Positions 1-8,405 of a stretch of 64,000 nt of DNA are shown here, one piece after another. The stretch's first letter is position 1, and each line of letters begins with the position of its first letter. The DNA lies in assembly GCA_020725895.1 (NCBI GenBank), contig DYTO01000003.1, forward strand, positions 17,355-81,354, given 5' to 3'. The DNA is from Candidatus Hadarchaeum sp. Lineage in GTDB: Archaea; Hadarchaeota; Hadarchaeia; Hadarchaeales; Hadarchaeaceae. Below the pieces are notes generated by a model. It saw only the letters and a list, made by a program, of their open reading frames with translations. It was not told where the DNA came from and ran no database searches. The position numbers and the translations under genes are program-made.

Positions 1-32
1 CTCGTCCCTCGGGTAGCGTTTTCGCTTCTTCA

Positions 33-54
33 TTACGGTTATATAAAACCGTAA
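33..54 (+). promoter_or_regulatory. Perfect 8-nt inverted repeat (TTACGGTT / AACCGTAA) flanking an ATATAA TATA-like core, ~35-55 nt upstream of the ORF starting at 88; putative promoter with embedded operator
   Basis: Read directly: ttacggtt-atataa-aaccgtaa at 33-54. Archaeal TATA boxes are A/T-rich 8-mers ~25 nt upstream of the transcription start site. Confidence 0.35.
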
Positions 55-87
55 AGTATTTAAACCTTGTGCTGAAAGTTTTGGTCG

Positions 88-381
88 ATGATTGGAAAGA
101 TTGTCTGCTACACGCTTGGATCCGGGCCGACGCCGGCCCAACGGAACAAGTTCAGGAAGGCGTTTCTCGGCTACTTGGATCACTCCTGCGGTGGCGAGTA
201 CAGATACACAAGAGCGGGGCTGATGAGCAGCACCCCCCACGTCAAGCTCGTGAGGTCGGTGTTCATAGTCAAAAAGGATGATTGCAAAAAAGTGGTCGAC
301 TTCTTGAAAAAGAACGGGGCCATCGTTCACACGAGGGACGTGATCCTCACGCCCGCGGATAAGAAAGCACTCAAGTATTGA
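88..381 (+). CDS. Small hypothetical protein (97 aa)
   Basis: ORF with ATG start downstream of TATA-like palindrome; no recognisable family. Confidence 0.4.
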   Translation: MIGKIVCYTLGSGPTPAQRNKFRKAFLGYLDHSCGGEYRYTRAGLMSSTPHVKLVRSVFIVKKDDCKKVVDFLKKNGAIVHTRDVILTPADKKALKY

Positions 382-468
382 CTACGGCCTGGGACAAAAA
401 CCGTCGATTTTTTACACATAGCCTTGAGAAAAGAGATATCACTGACGTAAAAAAACAAGGAAAAAAAA

Positions 469-906
469 ATGAAAAAAATAATCATAACACCGGTGCTGGT
501 CATGGCATTTCTCTTGGCAACGACTCAAGGTGTGGCCGCAGCCCCCAAGGCCCCCAGAACACATGACGTCGCGGTTCAGAGCATCTATGCCCCGTCCCCC
601 GTGGTCAGAGATTGGATCTACGTGACAGTTTCTGTAGGCGTGGCGAACGTTGGAAACTACACAGAGAACGTTACGGTGTAACTCTGGGACCAAACCAATG
701 GCACAATCATCGGTTCCCAGGTGGTGCTGCTGACTGCCGGACAGACGACGACGTTGAACTTCAACTGGAATGTCGAGTACGCATCAATTGGCGACCACGT
801 GCTATTGGCGAAGACACTGCCTGTCAACAAGGAAACGAACCTCACGAACAACTCAAAGACCACGACTTCAACCGTGATTGAGAACGTGCCTGAAAACACG
901 CCGTGA
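469..906 (+). pseudogene. Secreted CARDB-like domain protein interrupted by a single in-frame TAA (679-681). The two ORFs 469-681 and 721-906 are in the same frame and form one domain
   Basis: N-terminal signal peptide (MKKIIITPVLVMAFLLATTQGVAAA). Read-through gives VSVGVANVGNYTENVTV*LWDQTNGTIIGSQVVLLTAGQTTTLNFNW...NKETNLTNNS, which matches the CARDB pattern (v.N.G...nv.v.lY.dg..ig...v.L.aG.s.tv.f.w ... E.NEtNN). The stop sits where a conserved aromatic residue (Tyr) is expected. Confidence 0.55.
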
Positions 907-941
907 ACAAAGCTGATGCTTGATTAGAGATATTTGATAAA

Positions 942-971
942 GAAGGGAGAACAACTCCCCCCTCTTTATTT
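942..971 (+). terminator. Hairpin (GGGAG-aacaa-CTCCC) followed by a T-rich tract downstream of the CARDB-like gene
   Basis: Stem at 945-949 and 955-959, then cctctttattt. Confidence 0.3.
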
Positions 972-1013
972 ACCAATTTTACGAAATTGTGGTTCCTGTG
1001 GTTTTTCCTGAAA

Positions 1014-1089
1014 TGGTGGGCTCGCTGGGGATCGAACCCAGGACCTGCGGTGTGTGAGACCGCCGTCTTAACCACTAGACCACGAGCCC
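1014..1089 (-). tRNA. tRNA-Val (anticodon CAC), 3' CCA encoded
   Basis: Reverse complement gives GGGCTCGTGGTCTAGTGGTTAAGACGGCGGTCTCACACACCGCAGGTCCTGGGTTCGATCCCCAGCGAGCCCACCA. The acceptor stem pairs perfectly over 7 bp, D-stem is GTCT/AGAC, anticodon stem GCGGT/ACCGC, loop CTCACAC, and a T-arm GGTTCGATCC is present. Confidence 0.88.
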
Positions 1090-1126
1090 TGTGAGAGATT
1101 TTGCAAGCTAATATTTAGAGCCTACG

Positions 1127-1348
1127 TTAGCGGAGTTCTTTCATGAGGCGCTTTGCCCTCTCCTCGCCGAGCAACTTCACGATATTCTTTTCAGAGTTCT
1201 GGTCCCATCTCTCGATGATTTCGCGCACGCGGTCGAGCTGGCCGGGGGCGAGGTCTCTTGCCGCCCTCTCGAGCATTCGCTTCCTCCGCGTCGCGTCCTC
1301 TGGCCTGTAAACTGCACCCAAGCTATCCCCGATACTACTCGATTCCAA
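1127..1348 (-). CDS. Small hypothetical protein (73 aa)
   Basis: ORF only, charged and helical in composition; low certainty that it is coding. Confidence 0.3.
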   Translation of the reverse strand: MESSSIGDSLGAVYRPEDATRRKRMLERAARDLAPGQLDRVREIIERWDQNSEKNIVKLLGEERAKRLMKELR

Positions 1349-1518
1349 ACTTTATATCTGCAAACTTTGCCGAAATTTATTTACGTTTTTATATTATAGT
1401 AGATTTAGTGACGGTTGGGTAGATTACTTCCGGCAGCCGAAAGGTTGCCGGTCCCATGATTTTTTGATTTTACACGGCCCAGTAGCACGCCCCCACGTAC
1501 TCGTGTACGTGAGGACTG

Positions 1519-1612
1519 CGGGGATGCCGGGACTCGAACCCGTATCTCCCAAGCTCAGCCCACGAGGACGGAAGATGACGGTTGGGCAGGCTACCTGTTA
1601 CCCCACACCCCC
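1519..1612 (-). tRNA. Intron-containing tRNA (94 nt precursor, ~22-nt intron in the anticodon-loop region). Anticodon not resolved. With a canonical 37/38 intron it reads GTC (Asp), which fits discriminator G73 and C38, but position 33 would be C
   Basis: Reverse complement gives GGGGGTGTGGGGTAACAGGTAGCCTGCCCAACCGTCATCTTCCGTCCTCGTGGGCTGAGCTTGGGAGATACGGGTTCGAGTCCCGGCATCCCCG. Acceptor is GGGGGTG/CATCCCC with one G-U pair, T-arm is CGGGTTCGAGTCCCG, anticodon stem is CCCAA/TTGGG, and 29 nt lie between the stem strands. CCA is not encoded. Confidence 0.7.
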
Positions 1613-1662
1613 GACTATGCCACCTGGCATTGGGGGTGAAGGTGGTATTTAAATAAGAAATT

Positions 1663-2046
1663 TCACTCGGTTGCTACTGTCGCGTTATCCGCATCGACGA
1701 CGAGCTTGTCCCCTGTCTTGAGCTTCTCTATTTCCAAGCTGTCGACGCAAGGTATGCCCGCCAAAATAACGCCAGTCGCGACAATAGTCTCCGTCTCCTT
1801 GTTCAGGATTGCCGCCGGCGCAACGCCGTTCTTCTTCAGCCCGTAAATCACGTAAGAACCAACGGTCGAGCCTTTACCTTTCGGGAAGACCAGGATTTTT
1901 CCTTTCACGCAGCTACCCTCAAGCTCGTGCCCCTTCTCTATCACGATTCCAGTCTTCGGGTCGATCCCGCCGTAGAAGCTCATGGGATTCCGAGAGACTA
2001 GGGCCTCGCCCTTCGTCTTCCCGGGGCTGATCATCCTGCCTTTCAA
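1663..2046 (-). CDS. Phosphomevalonate dehydratase small subunit (AcnX-type aconitase small/swivel subunit, DUF126)
   Basis: 127 aa with Gly-rich DUF126-like motifs. It overlaps the large-subunit gene by 4 nt and is clustered with mvk and the UbiD-like gene, as expected for the archaeal mevalonate pathway. Confidence 0.75.
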   Translation of the reverse strand: MKGRMISPGKTKGEALVSRNPMSFYGGIDPKTGIVIEKGHELEGSCVKGKILVFPKGKGSTVGSYVIYGLKKNGVAPAAILNKETETIVATGVILAGIPCVDSLEIEKLKTGDKLVVDADNATVATE

Positions 2047-3230
2047 GATGTTCTCCCCTCCAGCAAGTCGTCCAGGCTCTTGAAGACCACCTGTTGCTTG
2101 CAGAAGCTAGGAAGGTAGTTCGCGGCCTTCCCGGAGTCGACTGCCGTGGTCTTGTATCCCATCTGCTCGATAGGCGCTACCACAGCACAGGTGTCCGCGA
2201 CGACTTTCCCGCCAGCGCGCTCGATGATTTCCGTGAAACCCATCTTCGTCGCGGTGTCCTTCGTGGTGCGAGATGTGCATATCCATAGCGGTTTTTTCAT
2301 GTGCCTTCCCTCGACCTTGCAGGCGAGGTTCGCGATCTCCTTCAGGGAAGCGTGCGGGCAGCCCAGGATTATGATGTCCGGCTCTTTCCCCGTGTTCAGT
2401 TTCGCGTAAGCTTCCTGCAGCTCATTCTCCCCGACATCTATCGCCTCGATTCCAGATGGCGCCATCTTCTCGGCTTCCGGTGTTATCCCCTCTATGTGGT
2501 AGAGCGCGACCGCGCCCGAGGCGGCCATCGCGGCGCCGAGCGCCTTCAGCTGGTCGACCTCCGCTCGAGCGATCCCTTTGAGATATGGAATCCCGTCCTT
2601 GACGATCTTCCCGACGTGATAGCCCAGGGCACCGAAATCAGCGTTCGATTTCAACTCCACGCCGACCCTGACCAGGAGCGTCGGCTTTCTTTTTTCCGCG
2701 ATGTGCAGCCCGTAGTTCGGGGTCAGTCCACAGATGGCGGCGGCGAGCGCAGACGGGCCACCCTCCCTGTTGGTCCTCGCGCCTATGACGGAGTTCGCGA
2801 AAGAAACCGCTGAAGATTCGGACCACGCGATATGCTCACCGAAGTGCGGGAGGTTACCGACCAGGTAGGGCGTGCACGTGGCCGTCGTCATTATCCCCAT
2901 CTTCTTGAAAGCGTCCATTATCCGGAGCTGCTTCACGGCGAAATCCTTGGGGAAGCCGAGCTTGTCCCAATCTAGCAGGTCCATTCCCGGCGGGTTCAGG
3001 GTAGTGTGTACCATGACCTTTGTGTTCTTCGCCGCGATGTCCTCCAGGAACTCGAGACCGGGGTCGCCTATCGACTTGTACGAAACTCCTGCGACTTGAA
3101 CGGAACTCACGGGAATCATCTTGTCGGCGCCGTATATCTCGCCAAGGCGCACGAGAAGGCGGAACATCCTCTCGACGGTCTCGCCCTGCTCGCCTGAGAG
3201 CATTTTCTCCTGTTCTTTCGTCAGGTACAT
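2043..3230 (-). CDS. Phosphomevalonate dehydratase large subunit (AcnX-type aconitase large subunit, DUF521)
   Basis: 395 aa AcnX-like protein in a cluster with the small subunit, the UbiD-like decarboxylase and mevalonate kinase. Confidence 0.75.
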   Translation of the reverse strand: MYLTKEQEKMLSGEQGETVERMFRLLVRLGEIYGADKMIPVSSVQVAGVSYKSIGDPGLEFLEDIAAKNTKVMVHTTLNPPGMDLLDWDKLGFPKDFAVKQLRIMDAFKKMGIMTTATCTPYLVGNLPHFGEHIAWSESSAVSFANSVIGARTNREGGPSALAAAICGLTPNYGLHIAEKRKPTLLVRVGVELKSNADFGALGYHVGKIVKDGIPYLKGIARAEVDQLKALGAAMAASGAVALYHIEGITPEAEKMAPSGIEAIDVGENELQEAYAKLNTGKEPDIIILGCPHASLKEIANLACKVEGRHMKKPLWICTSRTTKDTATKMGFTEIIERAGGKVVADTCAVVAPIEQMGYKTTAVDSGKAANYLPSFCKQQVVFKSLDDLLEGRTS

Positions 3231-3329
3231 AGTATCAGATAAACGGATTTTTCATCACTTAAGCATTTTTCGAACTTGCATATCAAACGTTATCTGAGTA
3301 AATTTATTAGATTAGTTAAATTGCGTTCT

Positions 3330-3467
3330 TTATTTTTTTCTAATTTCTGTTTCAAACATCTTCATGATGTTCCTGTGGTATGTGATTATAACAAACACCG
3401 CCGCCGCGACCAAGACGATGATGACGACAAGGAACAAATTTGACAACGACTGCGGCTGGTCAGTCAA
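3330..3467 (-). CDS. Possible 45-aa single-TM peptide (TTG start overlapping the stop of the UbiD-like gene)
   Basis: Translation LTDQPQSLSNLFLVVIIVLVAAAVFVIITYHRNIMKMFETEIRKK; below the 60-aa cutoff of the ORF track; speculative. Confidence 0.15.
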   Translation of the reverse strand: MTDQPQSLSNLFLVVIIVLVAAAVFVIITYHRNIMKMFETEIRKK

Positions 3468-4750
3468 CCCAAGTAATCTTTAGGATTCAATTTCATCGGG
3501 AGCTCGGGCTTTTTGAAATCGTTGGGGTCGCGGTCGCCCGGAATCGTAAGGTCGAAACCCATCTTCGTGGTCATCCTGGTGTCGAGGTCGGATGACGGGT
3601 CCAATGATGAGCCCTTCTCGCGCCTGCTGATGATGTCGCGGTCGCCCTGGAACCGTGTCGCCATGGCCCACTCGACCTCCTGCGGGTTGTGGATGTCTAT
3701 ATCTTCATCGACAACCCAAACGTGCTTCACAGACTTGTGCCCCTTGAAGGCCGCCTCTATCGCCTTCCGCCCATCGTCAGGGTTCTTCTTCTTGATGCTG
3801 ATGACTGCGTGCAGCCACGAGCATCCGCCCGGCGTCACGTAAACGTCCTTGCACTCGCAGACCTTGTTCACCTCGCGCATGATCGTCGGCTCGCGGGGCA
3901 TTCCCATCAGGGTCTTGTGCTCGAGGCCGCCCGGCAGAAGCGCGTGGTAAATCGGCTTGTCCTTTATGAAAATCTTCTTCACTTTCGCGACGGGCTGCTT
4001 CCGGATTATGTCCGGAGTCTCTGTCAGGTCGAGGAAAGGCCCCTCGTCGTGCTGTTCTCCGGTGATCTCCATTATCATCACTATTTCCGCTTCCGGGACC
4101 TTGTGTCCCGCAATCTCGACGAGCTCGGTATCCGCCAGCGCGTTCGCAATCTCGAGCTCGCTCTTCCCGAGCTCAACCGAAGTCGCGGCAGAAATCAGCA
4201 CCTGCATAGAGTTCCCTATGCAGACCGCGAACTCCCTGTTGCCGCGTTCGATGAAAGTGTTGAAATCCCTTGGGAGAATCCTGAGGACGACCTTGTCCTT
4301 CCCGAGCACCATCATCCTGTGAAAAGAGATGTTCTGCCCGAGTTCGGGGTCGCTCGCGACGACGACTCCCGACGAGATGTACGGGCCGCCGTCCAACGGG
4401 TAGTGGAAGAGAACCGGGAATTGGGAGAGGTCGACCGCGACTTCCTTGTAGCCCTGAGTCTTGGCGACATTCGGCTTCTTGGGGTTTTCAATGGCCTTCG
4501 CTAGTCTCGTGATGATCTCGTCCGGTCTGATGCCCAGGCCGGTCGCGACTAGCTCACGCGTCGAGCAGATGTTCACTACGACGGGCATCGAGAGGCCCTT
4601 GACGTTCTCGAAGAGGAGCGGCTTCTCATTCCACATTTTCGCGATCGTGCAAAGCTCGTACTTGACGTCGACGGGGCGCTTGACCCTCGTCAGCTGCCCC
4701 TTGCTTTCCAAGATCTTCAGGAATTCTCGCATGTTCATTTCATCAACCAA
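3464..4750 (-). CDS. UbiD-family decarboxylase, predicted anhydromevalonate phosphate decarboxylase (prFMN-dependent)
   Basis: 428 aa UbiD-like protein. It lies between mevalonate kinase and the phosphomevalonate dehydratase subunits and overlaps the mvk stop. Confidence 0.7.
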   Translation of the reverse strand: MVDEMNMREFLKILESKGQLTRVKRPVDVKYELCTIAKMWNEKPLLFENVKGLSMPVVVNICSTRELVATGLGIRPDEIITRLAKAIENPKKPNVAKTQGYKEVAVDLSQFPVLFHYPLDGGPYISSGVVVASDPELGQNISFHRMMVLGKDKVVLRILPRDFNTFIERGNREFAVCIGNSMQVLISAATSVELGKSELEIANALADTELVEIAGHKVPEAEIVMIMEITGEQHDEGPFLDLTETPDIIRKQPVAKVKKIFIKDKPIYHALLPGGLEHKTLMGMPREPTIMREVNKVCECKDVYVTPGGCSWLHAVISIKKKNPDDGRKAIEAAFKGHKSVKHVWVVDEDIDIHNPQEVEWAMATRFQGDRDIISRREKGSSLDPSSDLDTRMTTKMGFDLTIPGDRDPNDFKKPELPMKLNPKDYLG

Positions 4751-5669
4751 TCCTTGTCTTCAGCACCTCAAAACCTTCACTCTCGATTGCCTGCGCGACC
4801 TTGTTCTGGAGCTTTTCCCCTGGCGTCAGCGCGACAATGTTGCCTCCGAGGCCGCCCCCGGTCATCTTCGCGCCGTAGGCGCCGTTATCGCGCGCAATCT
4901 CGACCAGGAGATCCAGCTCCTTGCAGGAGACCTCTATAGCCTGGAGGAGTTCGTGATTTTTGTCCATCATCTCGCCGACATTTTCCATGTCGAAAACCAG
5001 AAGAGCCTCGCGCGCCTCGTTAGCGAGTGCGCGGGCCTTGTTGAAAATCTCGTCGTATTTCTCCGGGTTTTTTTCTTTTCTCTCCTTGACGCCGGCGACT
5101 GCCGCCGCGGTGTTCGTGACGAGGCCGGTGTTCGCTATGATGATTTCGACGGGCTCCTTGACCTTCAAAAGGTCTATGATATTTGGCTGGCCTTTGACGA
5201 ACCAGATCAGGCCACCGTATGTGGCCGCCGTGTTGTCCACTCCTGACGGCACGCCGTGGTATCCCTTCTCGCCCTCGAACGCGATCTCGTTTATCTTCTC
5301 GTCGGAAAAATCCAAATTGAACTCTTTTGACAGCGCGCGGGCGAGGGCGACGCAAGACGCTGCGCTGGCGCCTATCCCGCTTGCCGCCACCAAATCCCCT
5401 TCCAACTTTATCTTGATCGGGTTCCTCGCCGTGTCGACCCCGGCTGCCTTCAGGACACGCGAAATGGAATCCCTCTGCTGGTCGAGCTTCTCCTTCTTGT
5501 AACCCGGGGTCTCCGGCCTTTTGTCGTCCAGATACCAGCCTTCTCCGTCCCAGCGCTCGACCGTGCAAGTCGTCGCCTTGTCAATCGCGGAAACTATCGA
5601 AGGAATCCCAAACACGACAAAGTGCTCGCCGAAGAGTATGACTTTCCCGTAACCTGCGCCGTGTCCCAT
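4743..5669 (-). CDS. mvk: Mevalonate kinase
   Basis: GHMP kinase motifs: KVILFGEH, ASGIGASAAS (for GSGLGSSAA), KMTGGGLGG. Confidence 0.85.
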   Translation of the reverse strand: MGHGAGYGKVILFGEHFVVFGIPSIVSAIDKATTCTVERWDGEGWYLDDKRPETPGYKKEKLDQQRDSISRVLKAAGVDTARNPIKIKLEGDLVAASGIGASAASCVALARALSKEFNLDFSDEKINEIAFEGEKGYHGVPSGVDNTAATYGGLIWFVKGQPNIIDLLKVKEPVEIIIANTGLVTNTAAAVAGVKERKEKNPEKYDEIFNKARALANEAREALLVFDMENVGEMMDKNHELLQAIEVSCKELDLLVEIARDNGAYGAKMTGGGLGGNIVALTPGEKLQNKVAQAIESEGFEVLKTRIG

Positions 5670-5759
5670 TTCATCAACTCAGAGTTGCTTACTTTTCATC
5701 GCTTAAAAATAATTCCACGAAAGGCTGAAAAACTGCGTGCGTGTTTTGAGAGTGGGACC

Positions 5760-6395
5760 ATGACGACACTGAGGGAACTGAAAGGAACACACGAACGGAT
5801 ATCTCCGGAGATTGAGGGGCGCCTCAACCAGTTCAAGGAACTTTGGAAAAGGAAGGATGACGAGGCCGTGCTTGAAGAGCTCGTATTCTGCCTCTTGACA
5901 CCGCAGTCGAAGGCGAGGACATGCTGGGCCGCTGTAGAGAGGATGGTTGAAAAAAATGTTCTTTCGGGGAAGAACAAGGCCGCCATCGAAAAGGAACTGC
6001 GCGGGGTGAGGTTCCACAGGAACAAGGCGCGGTACATCGTCGAGGCTCTGGGCAAATTCAGGGAGACAGGGATAAGGAAGATGGTCGGCGAGTTCAAGAC
6101 GGCGGAGGAGGCCCGTGAATGGGTGGTGAAAAACGTGAAGGGGCTTGGCTACAAGGAGGCGAGCCATTTCCTTAGAAACATCGGCTTCTCAGACGAACTC
6201 GCGATACTCGACCGCCACGTCCTGAAGAACCTGAAGGCCCTCGGCGTGATCGAGGAAGTCCCGAAATCGCTGACGAGGAAGAAGTACCTCGAGATCGAGG
6301 GCAAGATGAGAGAATTCTCCGAAAAGGCAAAAATAAAGATGGGGCACCTCGACCTGGTTCTCTGGTACAATGAAGCCGGGGAAGTTTTCAAGTAG
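5760..6395 (+). CDS. ogg: N-glycosylase/DNA lyase, Ogg2-type 8-oxoguanine DNA glycosylase (HhH-GPD)
   Basis: HhH region GLGYKEASHFLRNIGFSDELAILDRHV. The internal ATG at 5760 was chosen because the longer ORF from 5622 overlaps mvk. Confidence 0.65.
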   Translation: MTTLRELKGTHERISPEIEGRLNQFKELWKRKDDEAVLEELVFCLLTPQSKARTCWAAVERMVEKNVLSGKNKAAIEKELRGVRFHRNKARYIVEALGKFRETGIRKMVGEFKTAEEAREWVVKNVKGLGYKEASHFLRNIGFSDELAILDRHVLKNLKALGVIEEVPKSLTRKKYLEIEGKMREFSEKAKIKMGHLDLVLWYNEAGEVFK

Positions 6396-6396
6396 T

Positions 6397-7275
6397 CTAC
6401 TGAATGGCTGTCTGCCCCAACTTGAACAACAAAGCCTTCGCGCCGCCCATCTGGATGATCTTTCCCCTGCATTTCGAGCAGACGGCCGCGGCCTTCTCTA
6501 TGTCCGCGCGGTAGCTCTTGTACTCCGGGACTTTTTCGATTATCCTGTCCGCGATCGCGGGCAGCTGCTTGGCCGGGATTTCGAAGTTCCCGCAAATCGG
6601 GCAGCTCGATAGCTCCTCCACCGCGCTCACGCCCATCGCCGGCCTCTGGAAGCCGGCCGGATGCCGCTTCTTCGCGAGGTGGACCGCGTCGTATGGGCAG
6701 ACCTCCTCGCAGCTCGCGCAGCTTATGCACTTGTCGTGCATGTACTTGACCGTCCTCTTGTTCCCGCTGTCTATCAGCTCTATCGCGAAAGCTGGGCAGG
6801 CCTTCTCGCAGGCGTTGCAGCCCGTGCACTTCTTTTCGTCAAGGTCGGGCAGACCCCTGAATCCTTCCGGTGCCGGCCACTCCTTGAAATCCGCCTTCAA
6901 CACCGCCGCAATCCCCTTTGCTATCACCTGAGGGCTAGGCGGGCAGCCGGGGACGTAAGCAACGACTGGGACGAATTTATCGGAGGGGTCCATGACGCTG
7001 TATGATTTCTGGAAGATCCCGCTAGTGAGGCCGCAAGCACCGATTGAAATCACGACCCTGGGCTCCTTCAATTTCTTGTAGACTTCCTTCAAGTGGTCCA
7101 TCATCTTCACTGTCACGAGGCCGACGACGATCATCGCGTTTGCCTTTTCAGGCTCGTCCACAACTTTTACATTCATATTCCCGATCCCGTACCTCGAAGC
7201 AAGCGCGCTCACGACCTCGATGTCGCAACCGTTGCACGAGCCGACGTTCAGGCGATAGGCGTTTATCTCCACCAT
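6397..7275 (-). CDS. [NiFe] hydrogenase small subunit, NuoB-like (group 4 type), fused to a 2x[4Fe-4S] ferredoxin domain and a C-terminal Cys4 ribbon
   Basis: NuoB/HycG-type proximal-cluster motifs GSCNGCD, IGACGLTSG, VPGCPPSP. Two CxxCxxCxxxCP motifs (CTGCNACEKACP, CISCASCEEVCP) and C-terminal CPIC...CSKC. Start taken at the internal ATG (MVEINAY), which overlaps the large-subunit stop. Confidence 0.75.
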   Translation of the reverse strand: MVEINAYRLNVGSCNGCDIEVVSALASRYGIGNMNVKVVDEPEKANAMIVVGLVTVKMMDHLKEVYKKLKEPRVVISIGACGLTSGIFQKSYSVMDPSDKFVPVVAYVPGCPPSPQVIAKGIAAVLKADFKEWPAPEGFRGLPDLDEKKCTGCNACEKACPAFAIELIDSGNKRTVKYMHDKCISCASCEEVCPYDAVHLAKKRHPAGFQRPAMGVSAVEELSSCPICGNFEIPAKQLPAIADRIIEKVPEYKSYRADIEKAAAVCSKCRGKIIQMGGAKALLFKLGQTAIQ

Positions 7276-8405
7276 TTTCGACCCAACTCCTCCAGGCTGA
7301 CTTTCGATATCTTCCCTGTCTTTTCGTCCACGATAGTGACCCTGTTCGTGCAAGAGATGCACCTGTCGAGGCTCTCCAATATCGGCGGCAGGTTCTCGAC
7401 CTTCTCGCCGCGCAGCATCTCCGGGACAGCTCGGACGTTGACGTAGCTGGGCGGCCTCAGCTTGATCCTCTCCGGGTAATTCGTGCCGTTGAGCCTCGCG
7501 TAGTATATCAGCTCGCCGCGCGGCGCCTCGACCCTTCCACTCTCCTCGCCCACTGGCGGTTCCCCGACATCCGCCTTGATCTCGCCCTGGGGCATGTTCT
7601 CGACGATCTGCCTCAGTATACTTATCGTCTCAGGGATTTCCCTCGCCCGGACCATCGACCTCGCCTGCACATCGCATCCCTTCTCGGTTATCAACTCGAA
7701 ATCGAGGTCATCGTAGACGAGGTGTGGGTCGTCCCTCCTTATGTCGCTCGCAACGCCGGATCCTCGCAGTATCGGCCCGACGACCGCGAAAGCCCTGGCC
7801 TTGTCCCTGGGCAAAATCCCAATCCCTGAAAGCTTCGGGGAATGGACTTCCATGGCCTTGAAAATTTCATCGTTGAGCGCGTTGTATTCGTCGAGCAGCT
7901 GGAGCAGGCTCTTCATCACCTGCGGGGAAACGTCGCGCCTCACGCCGCCAATCGCGTTCACGGAGAAGTGCACGCGGTTCCCGCATATCGCCTCGATGAT
8001 GTCCATCAGCTTCTCCCTCGCGTTCAAGGCAACCATGAAGCGCTCGGTGTCGTGGATCATGTGAAAGAGGAGCGCGAACCACATGTAGTGGCTGTGGAGC
8101 CTGTCGAGCTCGAAAACCATGGTCCTGATGTAGTTTGCCCTCGGAGGGGCTTCAAACCCGAAGACGTTCTCGACTGCGAGGCAATAGGCCGTCGAGTGGG
8201 CCTGCGAGCAGAGGCCGCACACCCTCTCCGCGAGGAAAACGTCCTGCTTGATTGTCTTCGTGAGCATCAGGGTCTCGATCCCCCTGTGCGTGAAGCCCTG
8301 CTCGATCAGAACATCGGTGATCTTCCCGTCCTGGACCCTGACTTCATAAAGTTCTGGCTCGATCACGAGCGGGTGGTAGGGGCCGATCTTGAGGACTTCG
8401 GGCAT
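7263..8405 (-). CDS. [NiFe] hydrogenase large subunit, NuoD/HycE/EchE-like (group 4) with Ni-binding cysteines retained and a C-terminal extension
   Basis: N-terminal RVCGLCSQAH (RxCGxCxxxH) and C-terminal DRCISCTNRVTIV, which resembles the HycE DPCYSCTDR pattern, followed by a ~22-aa tail typical of endopeptidase-processed large subunits. Start taken at MPEVLKIGPYHP, overlapping the HdrB-like stop (TGATG). Confidence 0.8.
   Translation of the reverse strand: MPEVLKIGPYHPLVIEPELYEVRVQDGKITDVLIEQGFTHRGIETLMLTKTIKQDVFLAERVCGLCSQAHSTAYCLAVENVFGFEAPPRANYIRTMVFELDRLHSHYMWFALLFHMIHDTERFMVALNAREKLMDIIEAICGNRVHFSVNAIGGVRRDVSPQVMKSLLQLLDEYNALNDEIFKAMEVHSPKLSGIGILPRDKARAFAVVGPILRGSGVASDIRRDDPHLVYDDLDFELITEKGCDVQARSMVRAREIPETISILRQIVENMPQGEIKADVGEPPVGEESGRVEAPRGELIYYARLNGTNYPERIKLRPPSYVNVRAVPEMLRGEKVENLPPILESLDRCISCTNRVTIVDEKTGKISKVSLEELGRKWWR

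Noticed and set aside
88-381. The 97-aa protein looked superficially Cas2-like (small, alpha/beta, N-terminal hydrophobic strand)
   Set aside because: The match to Cas2 conserved positions is poor and no CRISPR repeats or other cas genes are present anywhere in the window
1430-1472. Hairpin ccggca...tgccgg followed by a T-run, considered as a terminator for the intron-containing tRNA
   Set aside because: The T-run is on the plus strand whereas the tRNA is on the minus strand, so the orientation does not fit; possibly fortuitous
3689-5568. Long ORFs on the strand opposite to the UbiD-like gene and mvk (3689-4504 +, 3957-4322 +, 4461-5246 +, 4960-5502 +, 5020-5568 -)
   Set aside because: They overlap strongly supported genes, have Arg/Pro/Ser-rich low-complexity translations typical of antisense frames in GC-rich DNA, and lack recognisable motifs
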